A DNA stretch of 63,418 bases, the filler included, from Octopus bimaculoides (Eukaryota), in NCBI RefSeq assembly GCF_001194135.2. It is 4 parts of 3 records of this genome, joined end to end, with 100 filler letters (N's around TTAATTAATTAA, not from the genome) between each part and the next. Parts side by side here need not be neighbours in the genome. Positions count along the whole stretch, not along the records: positions 11,171 to 34,798 come from NC_068990.1; 3 more parts are not named here. One strand, written 5' to 3'. The notes below the pieces were generated by a model. It was not told the DNA's origin. It did not search any database and was given only the letters and a program-made list of their open reading frames with translations. Each line of letters starts with the position of its first letter. The stretch's first letter is position 1. Below, piece by piece: positions 11,239 to 23,659 of the stretch. A program made the position numbers and the translations under genes.

Positions 11239-11601
11239 TATAGGAAAGTGGGTTATACATCTTTAGATGTATACCTGACTTTCCTACTATAAAATTAAAG
11301 AATATAACGGAATGCTGAACTCCAGACTATCAACTTAAACAACACTTTATTTAGGTGGTAAATATATACATCTTTAGTTCTTGCTGTTACAGCTTCTGTT
11401 GTGTGTGAGCATAGTTGTTGGGACGTGGGTATGTAGTTGCAAGCGAGCTGTCGAGTGTAAGTCCGAAAGATGTAGAGAGACAGCTTAACACGTCCAATGC
11501 TCATGGTCGGCCGACCGTAAAAGAGGTAGAATTAAGCGGGAACGCTTGGCTGTTTAATTCCACGCATGCGTGAGACTACACATGCGCACGGCGTTACTAC
11601 A
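11239..11601 (-). mobile_element. Probable 5' LTR of a tRNA-Trp-primed LTR retroelement (interior lost in gap)
   Basis: The minus strand starts TGTAGTAAC, contains AATAAA, and ends CTATA (expected CTACA) one base before the TGG of the PBS. Confidence 0.55.
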
Positions 11602-12071
11602 ATCCTTTATAGCTCTATCTACTGTACCATTCCAATACCATGACACTTTCCAACTGGTTGGACCTTGTTCAAACTATAGATCTAGTCTGTTGTTCACAGC
11701 AGATTGTCTCATAAAAATTCCCTAATAACTCCCTGTCTCTTCTTCCGCAGGGTTTTTGCTGAGATTTCTGTTTTATCGGTTTCTTTATATTTTCGTTGTA
11801 ATTACGAATCTCTAGTCAACACAATTATAATAATGCTGTTGCTCACAATATACTTTCGTTCTAAACCAGAATTACCTAAAATGATTTTCTGAAAATTCTA
11901 AGCTTTTACTATATACAAAGGATCACTATATGCTGAGCGATATCATATGTAATATTATAAATTGTTGTTAAAAGAAATAAGAAAAATTAAACTCCTGTTG
12001 TAAATACGCCTACTACCCACCGATAAAAGAACAACAAAATATTTGCCATTGACAACACGAATTAGCCCGTA

Positions 12072-12114
<43 letters not shown>

Positions 12115-12699
12115 GCACGCAGGCACGCACACACGCACATACTGCTAAAAAGACAGTCAAATGGAGTTAAAAAAATATGGGAATAACAATGAGTTACTTC
12201 CCCTGCATTGGCGTTGTTGTTTCAGTGATTAAATACATGTAGATGTTAATTTAAAGAATTAGTTTTCGTTGTTGTCTCGTTTATTTAAACAGTCGTTAGA
12301 ATTTTTTTGTGAACGGTAACATAACTTTCGATTTTGTTCGCAACCTACCCTTTTCGTTCGTTCTCTTTCTATATATGTTTTCTCTTCTCCTTTTTAATTT
12401 AAAGTTAATCTTGAGGATTAATTCTGCTGGCTAACAGAATACAATTTTTTGTTTTCCTTTTTTTTTCCATCTTTTTTTTTTATTTTTTTTTTTTACTCTA
12501 TATAAATTGATGTAAACAGAAACTGGCACCTTTATGATTTGGAATAAAAGATTTTGGTTTACAATTCCAGAATTGTAGAGTTATATGGAGTAATCAATTA
12601 GAGATGAGGTGGCATTTGAAATGATTTTCGAATTTGAATAGCTTAGAGTTATGGAGACACTTGCTCACAAACAGGCTGATGTCATCACCAGAATTTTCA

Positions 12700-13520
12700 T
12701 AACCAGCCCCACAAATCCACTTTCAAGTCATAAAATGCACCTCTATCAGCCTTGTATACAATATTACTTGCCAACAAATTAAATTATTTCTGCAAATATA
12801 TCCTTGATATCTGGAACAATACCCCCATCACTTACCAAGATCAAAGCTCAACATTTCAACCATCCAGGCTCTTCCTTAATTAGCTCTTGATATGAGAAAT
12901 CATCTTGTGGCTCTTCCTGTACCTCCAACTATGGAAAACCAGATAATAATATATGTGTCCCAGTTTCCTTCCTCTCTTTAACCTATTGGCAATTTAACAA
13001 TTCTTATTTTGGTTGATATGGTGAGCACATGAAAGCATAAGCAATATTGCTACATCCTAACTAACCATATTTCTCTCTCTTCAACACTAGAAAAACCTCC
13101 CACCATACCCCAACAATTGCAATGTGAAATGTTGATACAGAACTAAGCATATAAGTAAACAATACTGCCAGACAGTGACTATTTTTTTTTCCTCCTTTGA
13201 TCTTTGACTACATTCCTTCCCACTAAACCCCCGTCTTTTCTTCCCATTTATGTTCATCATCTCCATTAACCCCTTAACTAATCCCTAACTTCATTGCTTA
13301 TGGCTGTCACTTCAGTTTTCTCTTCCACCTACTGAAAGTAACTTTTCCTGACATGTGACAATACTATACTTCATACAGAGGCAGAAACCACTTCTTGCTC
13401 TCCGTCACTTCAGTACCAAAACAACTATATATGTAATTTAGTATAACCAATAATTTCTTACTCCTGATGAAGTACTCTCTACCTGAAAAATATCAGTTTT
13501 CTCTTCCATGCTGCAAATTA
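12700..13520 (+). mobile_element. Highly eroded Penelope-like relic (tentative)
   Basis: Frameshifted remnants resemble the GIY-YIG region (SCTSN...IIY...IG...EH), followed by a pyrimidine-rich UTR and CTGATGAAG...GAAA at ~13464-13490. Confidence 0.35.
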
Positions 13521-15263
13521 ATCAATTCCGTTTTGCGAATGCATTTCATATTTACTATTTGTTGATGCAACCAACGATAGGTTTTTCTACTGCTTCAACT
13601 TTGCAACTAAGTTTGATTAGTTCTAAATAGGTATATCCCATGGCTGTAGAACTGACCACTGTAAACAGCAGCATAGTTTGTTTTACTTCATCTTGTAGCA
13701 CTGAATTCAGTATCTCCTTGTTGGTCTGCCCCCAAGAAAGGTGGATCAACTACATTTAAGCAAATAATACCAAAGTAGTAGACAAGACCCTGTTCGAAAA
13801 GGGATTTTATGTAGAAATAAACAAACATGACTTAGAGGTAGAAAAGTGATTTTATTCATAACAGATGATAATTCAATATGATTTGTCTTTTCCTTTTATA
13901 AAAAGTGAACATTAACATATAAATACTTTTGAAACTGTTCAAATATATTTTTTTAAAAGTTAACATTTATTTGTAACTGTTCAAGTTACTCTTTCAAAAC
14001 AAATATTTACAATGCAAATTTATATCAATAAATAATGCAAATAGATATAATTTGTTTTAAAACATTTTAATCAATTTAATGGCACAAAAGGGAAAAATAA
14101 AAACGTTGAAAATTGTATCAAATATAGAAATATAAATCTATAAGGCTCTGTTCTTAAAATCATTAAGTAAATATCTGTTTTCTGTGAAATGTTAAGAAGG
14201 CCATTGCAGAAAAGGTCTGGTTTTGTATACAAACTAGCTGACCATGTGCCATCAGTAATGACGGCTAATTGTTGTATTTTATATATAAATAAGTTACAAA
14301 ATAAGGTACGTAATAATCACACATACAGACATTCACATACTTCCCTTGTACACGCACACACATACGCACATATACTCACACAGAGTTGAAACGCTGATTT
14401 TTTTTCACCCCTTCCTTTCTTTCATTGCTATTACTTTCTCTCACTCCCTCTCAGTCAGGGCTATTACTCCTCTCACTACTTCTCCTTCACTGAATTACTA
14501 TTTTCTCTCCTCCTCTGTGTCCGGCATGATTCTGGATAAATACATATATACAAATATATAAAAACACTATGTTCATTATTATATTAGGGGATATAATATT
14601 TGGAATGGTTGATTTTCTAAAGATAAGAAGAAAAAAGATACAAACAGTCGCAGCTGACCGCTGCTGATAAAGCAAACAACTTCTTTCTTTGTCTTCAATT
14701 CTCTGTTAATGGGAAACTGTTTGAAATGTTAGATTCTCTACTCCTCACAGCAATTAAGTTTATTGAATGACATTCAATAAACTCTCTTTTGATTTATTAC
14801 CAACACACCCTCACCAGTCTCCTCAGTTTCTAGATTTTATTTAAATAAGTAAGATTTTATTTAAATAAATAAGAACTGGACAATGTTATAGTAGCCTATA
14901 TTCTATCATGGCATTGTGTCTGGCTGAACTATTTAACTCATTCTGGCCTGGTACACCTGATGACCCCCACCCTCATGATGATGATGATGATGATAATGAT
15001 GATGATGATGATATACATATTTATATATCCTTACCATCATCATCATCATCATCATTTAACAGCCATGCTCCATGTTGGCTGTATATAATATCTTAACTCT
15101 TCTGAAAGTAAAATAATGACTTAAATATACAAAATTATCAGCTAATATAACAGAAATATCAACATGTCTGTATACATCATTCTTCTTCACTAACTGAAGT
15201 TAGTATTGTAGCTGTTAGATTTGCATAGTGAAGCGTGAAGCTATTAGTGTGTGTGTGTGTTGT

Positions 15264-15437
15264 TTAATCCTTTAGCATTCAAACCAGCCATATCCAGCCC
15301 AAATATTCTATTTGTTTTATGTTCAGACTGACCAGATCTGGCCTCTCACACATATCCCACAATTTCATTTTAAATATAATCAATATGAATAAATAAGCAT
15401 TACATTTAACAGAGAAACCTGAATGCTAAAGGGTTAA
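15264..15437. mobile_element. piggyBac-type MITE
   Basis: TTAA(T)CCTTTAGCATTCA ... TGAATGCTAAAGGG-TTAA: inverted termini with TTAA at both ends. Confidence 0.8.
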
Positions 15438-16149
15438 CGTACACAGTTTATAGTTGTGAGCTGCTGATAGTTTCATACATTGGAGATGTTATTTAGGTAG
15501 GTTTTAAAACATGCCAAGCGTCTCATCCTGTTTTGCAAATTGTAAATGGGGCATTAATTGATTTGCCATCACCTGTTAATTTGTTTGTTTAATGGAATTT
15601 TGGTTCTTTATTAGGATTGTGTTTAACCCATAAACTGCGATAGGCCACCTCAGTGGCCAACGCGACAGTGCAACAGGCCATGTTTGTGGCCACGGAAGTA
15701 GGGCATGATCTGACCTAATTTTGATGACGTATAATGTATGCACATGATACCCTTTCACCCCAGAAACAGTGTAGTGAATCACAGATGGTGTTAAGGAACA
15801 CTGAGTATTTTTTTCGAGTGATAGATCGATGTTGATCTTTACTCAAAATAGGCTCAGCAGTTCTTGTTACAAAATCCTAGCAGTTTATGGGTTAATTATT
15901 CAATTGATAAAGGGGTATTTTTCTTGCTATACACTATACATCATGTATTGAGTATTTTTTTTTTATTCTGTGTTTATTTTGAGTATTTACAGGTCAAAAT
16001 ATTTCAAGCATTTCATTGGTTAACTTGCACTGCAAAGTTCAATTAATCTAAATGAGAATCTGTCTGTTACAGACATATTCTCTTTGATATCTGAGGTGGG
16101 GGAGGAGGAAGGATTATATCTCATTTATATAGTACTTCATAAACCCAAG

Positions 16150-16950
16150 ACAACACTTACCTTATGACTCATCAAGACTTGGAAGGATTAGCTACATACT
16201 GATCAAAATGATCCATACGAGAGTTTATAGAAAAGTTTGATAAGTTTACTCCAAGAATTTTGACATCCTCAAAATCTGCAATTTTGTTGAAACAGTTACC
16301 TACTATTGAACACCAATTCTTTATTTGAAACCATGAAGCAGGATGTAATTTCTTATATCAAGACCTACTACCTTCATCACGTTTTCAGACAATTTCTTGA
16401 AGAAACAGATGGGTAAGAAGATAATCTATCTGAGATTACTATATCTTGAAATCTATAGATAACACCAAAGCAACCTGGAATAAAGTAACTGAGAACTACA
16501 CAAATAGAGTTTAGAAGAAGTTATGACTGGAAGCATGAAGTGACTTGGTTAAAATTTACCAAGAAATAATACCAGCAGTCATCAATGGCATCTTTGAGCA
16601 GGTCAATGAATGAAGAATACAAAAATGCCAATATGGAAGATCTGGAAGAGTTAACAGATTATCAAGGCAAGAATTTATCTATTGAAGAGTTGCAAGAGTT
16701 CATACAGAAATACATTCAAGATATTTACTGCTGAGCCAGTAACACCAGTAAGAATTGTTAGTAATGAATTCTTCAGTAACAGCATCAACAAAATAATGGG
16801 AATCCTGGACCAGTTTGCTGTGTAGGATTCTGACTAGGAATGAGTGTGGTAGAATGGCACAGAAAAGTATTCTAGATATGATACCATGCTACTGTGATTT
16901 ATTTTGTGAAAAGGACTCAAGAACACACAGATGGAACTAGATGCACTCTT
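16150..16950 (+). mobile_element. Degenerate pogo/Tigger-like DDE transposase relic
   Basis: Around 16290-16410 the sequence reads like LP.NT.SL..PM.Q.VI..K.YYL..F after allowing frameshifts; many stops. Confidence 0.6.
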
Positions 16951-17787
16951 TAAAAAAATAGAAAAAACACATTGTGCAAGGAACAACCATACTCTGGACA
17001 CTCAATCCACATATGACCACTTCTGTCTATGATTCTTTTCAACTGAATTAATGACGAGTAGGTCTCACTAGGTGTGCAATTAAAGTTGGGTGATTTCACC
17101 TACTTCATAATTTTAAATTCATTAAATCTTAATTTAACTAGTTTACTAATTTCAGCTTAACTTTAGATCACAATATGTAATGTAGATCCTTCAACAATTT
17201 ATGATATTAAGAAACAAAAACACAACATAATGTAATTTATGGCTATTTCAAAGACAAGTGAAATTGTTGATGTGCAGTAAACAGAAGACAGCAAAAAAAA
17301 CAACAACAAAAAAACCCTCAAAGCTAGACAAAATATTATTGAGGCAGCTTAATGTAAAGCAATCCATAAGTAGATGATAAATTCAGGGTTAACTATCACT
17401 GGAAAGGCTAAACAAGTTACACAAAGATATAAATATCACAGAGATTTGTATGTTTATATTTGGTGAGGGTTCATAAACTTCAAAATACAGAACAGCAGTC
17501 ATGAACTTAACTGGTCTCCAAAAAAATCAAATCTATAGTTAGGTTTTTCTTCATTACTGAGTTCCAGTATGTCGACATATTTGTTAATCTGCACCCACAA
17601 TATTCCATGGCTACCAAATTAGCAGAACTGTATTATATATATATGTATTATATTTAGTAGAGTTAAATTTTTAAGCAATAGTGAGACCTCATTAATTTTG
17701 TTACTTATAACATTCTTCATTTCATGTTTCACTCCTCAGAGTGAATTAATTAAAGCCTTAACTTTAAATAAAAATGAAAATATGTAA

Positions 17788-17842
<55 letters not shown>

Positions 17843-18369
17843 TATGCATACATATATACACACACATGCACATACACATATATACTTCTAATATTTACAA
17901 ATATATGTATGCATGCATGTATGTGTATATTATATAAACATACATGACAGACGGGACCTTGATGATTGCTATTAAGCAGGAAAGTATACTAGCCCCTATA
18001 TATATTTAATACTCAATATTTCATATATTCAATAAGACATTCAATACTTCATTTCATTTTACTGTTTGTATTATATATTCTATATTCTATACCCCACATT
18101 AATTTTATAAGAATATAAATAAAACATAAAAAACAGACAGAGCTGGAANNNNNNNNNNNNNNNNNNNNNNNNNNNNNNNNNNNNNNNNNNNNNNNNNNNN
18201 NNNNNNNNNNNNNNNNNNNNNNNNNNNNNNNNNNNNNNNNNNNNNNNNNNNNNNNNNNNNNNNNNNNNNNNNNNNNNNNNNNNNNNNNNNNNNNNNNNNN
18301 NNNNNNNNNNNNNNNNNNNNNNNNNNNNNNNNNNNNNNNNNNNNNNNNNNNNNNNNNNNNNNNNNNNNN

Positions 18370-18411
<42 letters not shown>

Positions 18412-20063
18412 TACACACATATACTCACACACATACGCACACACACATGCACATATACATGTATATATGTGTGTGAGGCAAAGTTGACTTTGGTGGAATT
18501 TGAACTCCAAACATAAAGACGGACGAAATGTTACAAAGCAGTTTACCTGGCATGCTCACAATCCTGCCATTTTGCTGCCTTGTTATGTTCTATTATTATT
18601 ATTAAAACAAGGATGTACACCCAGTTGTAATTAAAAAAAAAAAAAAAAAAAAAGGACAAGTTGTGAACTCTGTTGATATGTTGTAAAGAGAAGAATTACC
18701 TGAAATTTTAGGCTGAGCCCTTTACTAACAATGTCAGTAATAAAACCACACTGACAATCTCACAAACTTGCCTTTAATATATTCACTCTAAACTAGTGTT
18801 GGAACCATCACTCGTTTCCCTGAAATTTTGTGGCTATATTGGTGGTAACAGAGGAGGTTAAAGAGTCTGTTGTTTCATTGCTTTTAGAGAGATCAGGAGA
18901 TGAAAGTGAGTGAACAAGAAACAAACAGAAAAAATATTTTTGCTTACATCAGATGGTAATGTTCAGTTGTGATACAAGGCAGTCTTTGGTGGAATTAGAC
19001 TAGACAAGTTAAGGATAGTAAAAATTAAAGAACCTGCAAAAAAAAAAAGAAAACAATTAATGATAATAATAATAATAATCCTTTCTACTGGAAGCACAAA
19101 GCCTAAATTTGGGGGAAAGGATTAAATCAATTACATCAACCCTAGTGCATAACTGGTGCTTATTTAATCGACCCTGAAAGGATGAAAGGCAAAGTTTTTG
19201 TCTGAGTTAACTTTGTATTTTTATGCCCCCACTTTTTTCCTACTAGTTTTTCACTCTTGAAATACAATATAATAAGTGTAATGATAGTAATTTCTTTTAT
19301 CACCACAAGAGTAACAGATGTGGAACATTACAAGGACAAAATACAAAAACTGCAAGAGAGTCTACTTTGAGTTTGATAGGAGAAAATTATCATAATATAC
19401 AAATGTGAATGAATGTATATTCCAAGAAGTAAGTCGCAATTTCACGTCTAAGCAGTTGAAATTTTGCATAGACGCACATTGTTTCAAGAAAATCATAGGC
19501 TATGGGTTTTTCTGGTATTTTCTGAAAAGGGAAATTTAAAACTAAGAATATCATTTTTTTATATACAATATCTTAAATGAAGAGAAAAAAAAGTTATTCC
19601 TTTTAAATCCCCTTTAAATACCTTTGTTAACATTTAAAGAAGGTTCTCAGTCACAAATTTGTATTCTCTTATTTGTCTTTTAGTGACATTCCTGAGTTAG
19701 GCTAGCATTGAATCTGGGAGATGTCTGGATATAATACCAAACAAAATATGTCAGAAACACATCTAAAATGGGGGGAAAATACTAATATATAACATGAATG
19801 AAGCTAAACATTTTACTTTTTCTACTTACTACATGAATCACCCAGTGAAATCTGTAACATCTACACCCCTACACACACATGTTTATACATTTACGTTAAA
19901 CATTATTTATACAGCTGAGTGTACTGTATACACCTAGATGGAAACAGATAATCATAAATGGGTTACTCTTTTTCACCAATGAAGTCACATAAAATGCAAT
20001 TGCAATTTTTATATTACTGCTCAATATTTTTTGTTATACGTGTGCAGCGTGTGTGTGCATGTA

Positions 20064-20144
<81 letters not shown>

Positions 20145-20319
20145 CAAGAGTCCAATAGAATACCATAACCCTAACCCTATCATACAGAGACTCCCTCTTT
20201 TGCCATGAAACTGATGTCTAGACCTGCAGATGATATCTTGCACAGTAACTGACTCTGCAGCATGTTCACATTTAGATATTTTGCAAATTAATATCTAATG
20301 ATATCATAATTTGTGACTT

Positions 20320-20596
20320 TTAAGCAGAGGAAAAGATGACTTTCTTAACCCTGAATGGTAAATTAAAAGATGAAAATCCTTGCCCTGGTTCTGAAGACAT
20401 CAATACATACCACCAAAGACTCTCCTGGACTGGATTAGTTGGTTGCTTCTTGGGAACTGTGCTTCTACCGATATTAACTGTGATGTTGGTATAGAGTGGT
20501 CTGTTAGCCCTAGCCACAACCGTATAATTCATTCCTTCATGGTCATTCAGGCCATCAGCTGACCACCGGCTCCGCCAACTTAAGAATAGTTCATTT
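20320..20596 (-). CDS. B4GALT-like: GT7 glycosyltransferase, coding exon 6 (last)
   Basis: Acceptor tttattcttgcag|; phase 2; encodes (G)NELFLSWRSRWSADGLNDHEGMNYTVVARANRPLYTNITVNIGRST...IFSSA*. Contains the DGLN and LYTNITV GT7 motifs. Confidence 0.9.
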
Positions 20597-20689
20597 CTGC
20601 AAGAATAAACCTAGAGTTAATTTTCACTTGATGGCATTGATAGTCAGGTATCTGTGTTTATGCATGCTTGCACACACACATAAGCATAT

Positions 20690-20739
<50 letters not shown>

Positions 20740-20929
20740 CAGCAAGGCTGCCTCTATGAAGTTGCTTGACCATTTCTAAATAGCAGCTAAATCTCTTTTA
20801 AGTCAATACCTACAATCTTTAAAAAGAAAAGAACATATTAAATAATTAGGTTAGTTCTAGATACCCCAACTGGACGCACCCGACGTTCATGGCTGTAATG
20901 ATTTTGATCAAATAGTTGTACTTAAGTGA

Positions 20930-21400
20930 AGCCTTTGACCTCATCATTAGAGATGATCAGTTTTCACTCATTATTGCCTGTTCCAGCTGTTAATCATTGA
21001 AAGGTTTCTGCATGATGGTACGAAGGACCTATCTTCAAAGAAATTGGTGTGAAGAGCAGAGTCAAGCAAGGATGTGCCTTGACCCTAACACTTTTTAATA
21101 CCTTTTTGCATGTTGCTCCTGAAACACATACGAGTCTTTGGCCAATGGTATCCACCTCCACTTAAGCTTTGTTCTTGTAATTCTTGTGAATGGACAAAAC
21201 TAGCAATTCACATGCAGCATCTACACAAGAAGGAACAATCTTTATATGCCAGGTCTGCTATTGAGTCAGCAAGTCAAAGGCTGGAACTCATAGTTATTTC
21301 AGGAGATACTATTCCACATCCTGTTCTTCTACAAATGCTCTCCATATTCTACAAGACTGATTGGTGCACCAATTGGTCTTGTGTATGCGAAACATATAGC
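20930..21400 (+). mobile_element. Degenerate RTE/BovB-like LINE RT fragment
   Basis: AGAGTCAAGCAAGGATGTGCCTTGACCCTAACACTTTTT reads as a xVKQGCxLxPxLF RT motif; the rest is heavily decayed. Confidence 0.6.
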
Positions 21401-21479
21401 ATGTGTGGATTTATTTGTACTTTATATAGTTGACAATAAGTGTGTATCTGTGTTTGTGTATGCATGTGTACGTATATGT

Positions 21480-21765
21480 GTTATTTCTTTACTACCCACA
21501 AGGGGCTACACACAGAGGGGACAAACAAGGACAGACAAACGGATTAAGTCGATTATATCGACCCCAGTGCGTAACTGGTACTTATTTAATCAACCCCAAA
21601 AGGACGAAAGGCNNNNNNNNNNGTAACTGGTACTTATTTAATCAACCCCAAAAGGACGAAAGGCAAAGTCGACTTCGGCGGAATTTGAACTCAGAATGTA
21701 GCAGCAGACGAAATACCGCTAAGCATTTCGCCCAGCGTGCTAATGTTTCTGCCAGCTCACCGCCA
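21480..21765 (-). mobile_element. OR1-type SINE
   Basis: Reverse complement of GGCGGTGAGCTGGCAGAAACATTAGCACGC...TTCTGAGTTCAAATTCCGCCGAAGTCGAC; 10-N gap with duplicated flanks. Confidence 0.85.
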
Positions 21766-21888
21766 TATGCATGCACATGTGTGTGTGTGCTTGCACATGC
21801 ATGTGTGTGTGTGCATGCACATGCGTATGTGTGTGTGTGTGCATGCGCATGTGTGGGTGTGTGTGTGCATAAATATTTCATCATTTAC

Positions 21889-21984
21889 CCATGTTCTGCT
21901 CGACTGTCTTTCACATGCCGAACCATTTTATATCTGCCAATGTATTCCGGTGGCCTTGTTAGTAGTAATCCAGCACTCTTTGTC
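21889..21984 (-). CDS. B4GALT-like: GT7 glycosyltransferase, coding exon 5
   Basis: ttttttttactctag|G ... GG|gtaaat; phase 2/2; 96 nt; encodes (R)TKSAGLLLTRPPEYIGRYKMVRHVKDSRAEH(G), with the metal-binding M-x-x-H motif. Confidence 0.93.
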
Positions 21985-22061
21985 CTAGAGTAAAAAAAAG
22001 TACAAAAGATGAAAGCAAGATCATTTATCAGATTCATTTTGAAATACAACGTTTACCCTTA

Positions 22062-22105
<44 letters not shown>

Positions 22106-23169
22106 CTGATAGCTGAGTGGGAAAATTATAGGCCCCTGGATCATTAGATCTACTGAAATAAACCCTAGATATTTTTCTCTTTTCATCTCTTTGGTACTAG
22201 TATATTTTGTGAGACAATAAGACTATACCTGGGAAGCCTTGCTGCAGACTGTGGCAAGAGAGAGTAGTGAATCAATATCTGAGTTTCATCTCCAGGGATA
22301 CAGGCCAGGCTAGTTTTCACGGAACCACCAGCAATTACCAATGCAGCAGGTCTCCTCTCTCCATCCCGCTTATGTTGTCCAAGCAAAGGGTAAGGGATAA
22401 TACATCTTAGCACTGGTGCTGTTGGTGATATCAAGAATAAATACAGAGTGCAGCTGGTGAAACATTAGATGTGACTGATACAGAACCAGTCAGGATTCAG
22501 AATGGTAAGGAAAGACTGTATCACATGCAGACTTAATCTGTCATGTAATTTAGTACCACCACCTGGCCCATGGATGTCTTTAGCAGAGTCTACTTTCTTG
22601 CAAGCATTTTAACCAAGTCTCTGGTCTGAAGATAATGTCCTTCCTTCTTCTTATTGGTTTCAGAATGATTTTGAATGCTCACCTTCCATTTCTGATTAAG
22701 CCATTAAGAAATAAAGGTAAAAGACATGGGAGCTTCTACATGTTTTCCTGGTTTGCCAGAATTAGTAGTCAAATCTTATTCTCGCTTGACTGTATTATAA
22801 AAAAAAAAAAGGAAGCAAATACTCTATAATGCAGTCCAAGATATCCTTAAAAAGAATGGAATGGTCATGGTAGGAATGCATTTGGTTGTGTGCTGGATCA
22901 GTGATGACTAAAGACTAAATAACAGTTATAACAAGGTGAAAAAGTAAACCAACAAGAAAAACTGTATATGTTTGCTAATTTGCAACAAATAGCAATTTGT
23001 AGCAAATTAGCAAACAGGTTTTTCGTTTAGAAAAAAAAATAAAGGACACATTGAATAATGTGAATAGTGTAATCCTAGATACAATATATCTCGAATAGCT
23101 TGGAGCATAATTTTACTTGACCAGAAACGACCTGAAATTAAAGAACAACAAGAACAGTGAAAGACTTAC

Positions 23170-23292
23170 CGTGCTGAGAGGTCATCATCTTCATTTCCCC
23201 AGCCCCAGTAGAAGTTGGAATAACCATTGATCTTCTTTACATTTTCCCTGTTGATAGCAATGACGCCTCCAGCATAGTTGTAGAACATCACA
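23170..23292 (-). CDS. B4GALT-like: GT7 glycosyltransferase, coding exon 4
   Basis: ctgtgtttccag|T ... CG|gtaagt; 123 nt; encodes (H)VMFYNYAGGVIAINRENVKKINGYSNFYWGWGNEDDDLSA(R). Confidence 0.95.
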
Positions 23293-23659
23293 CTGGAAAC
23301 ACAGAGTACCAAAAGTAAACATTAGTTAAAGAAATCTTTTCCAGAAAACAGTAATTAAAAATACACACACACACACATATGCATATATATATGTATATAT
23401 ATATATATATCATACATTACATATACACAAACATGCACACACATGCGCACACACACATATATTCATACATACATTATACATATAAATATATATTTTCTTT
23501 TAATAGGCGTAGGAGTGGCTGTGTGGTAAGTAGCTTGCCACAGAAAAAATACTTAGCTAGGAGTAAGTTCCTGTACTTAGTATCCATCAAATCTAGAGAA
23601 AGCCTCGACAAGGCCTCTCACTGTGATTTGATGTCACTAAGAAAGTCAGGAGATGAGTA

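Noticed and set aside
21574-21662. Direct duplication around a 10-N gap
   Set aside because: Unmerged contig overlap.
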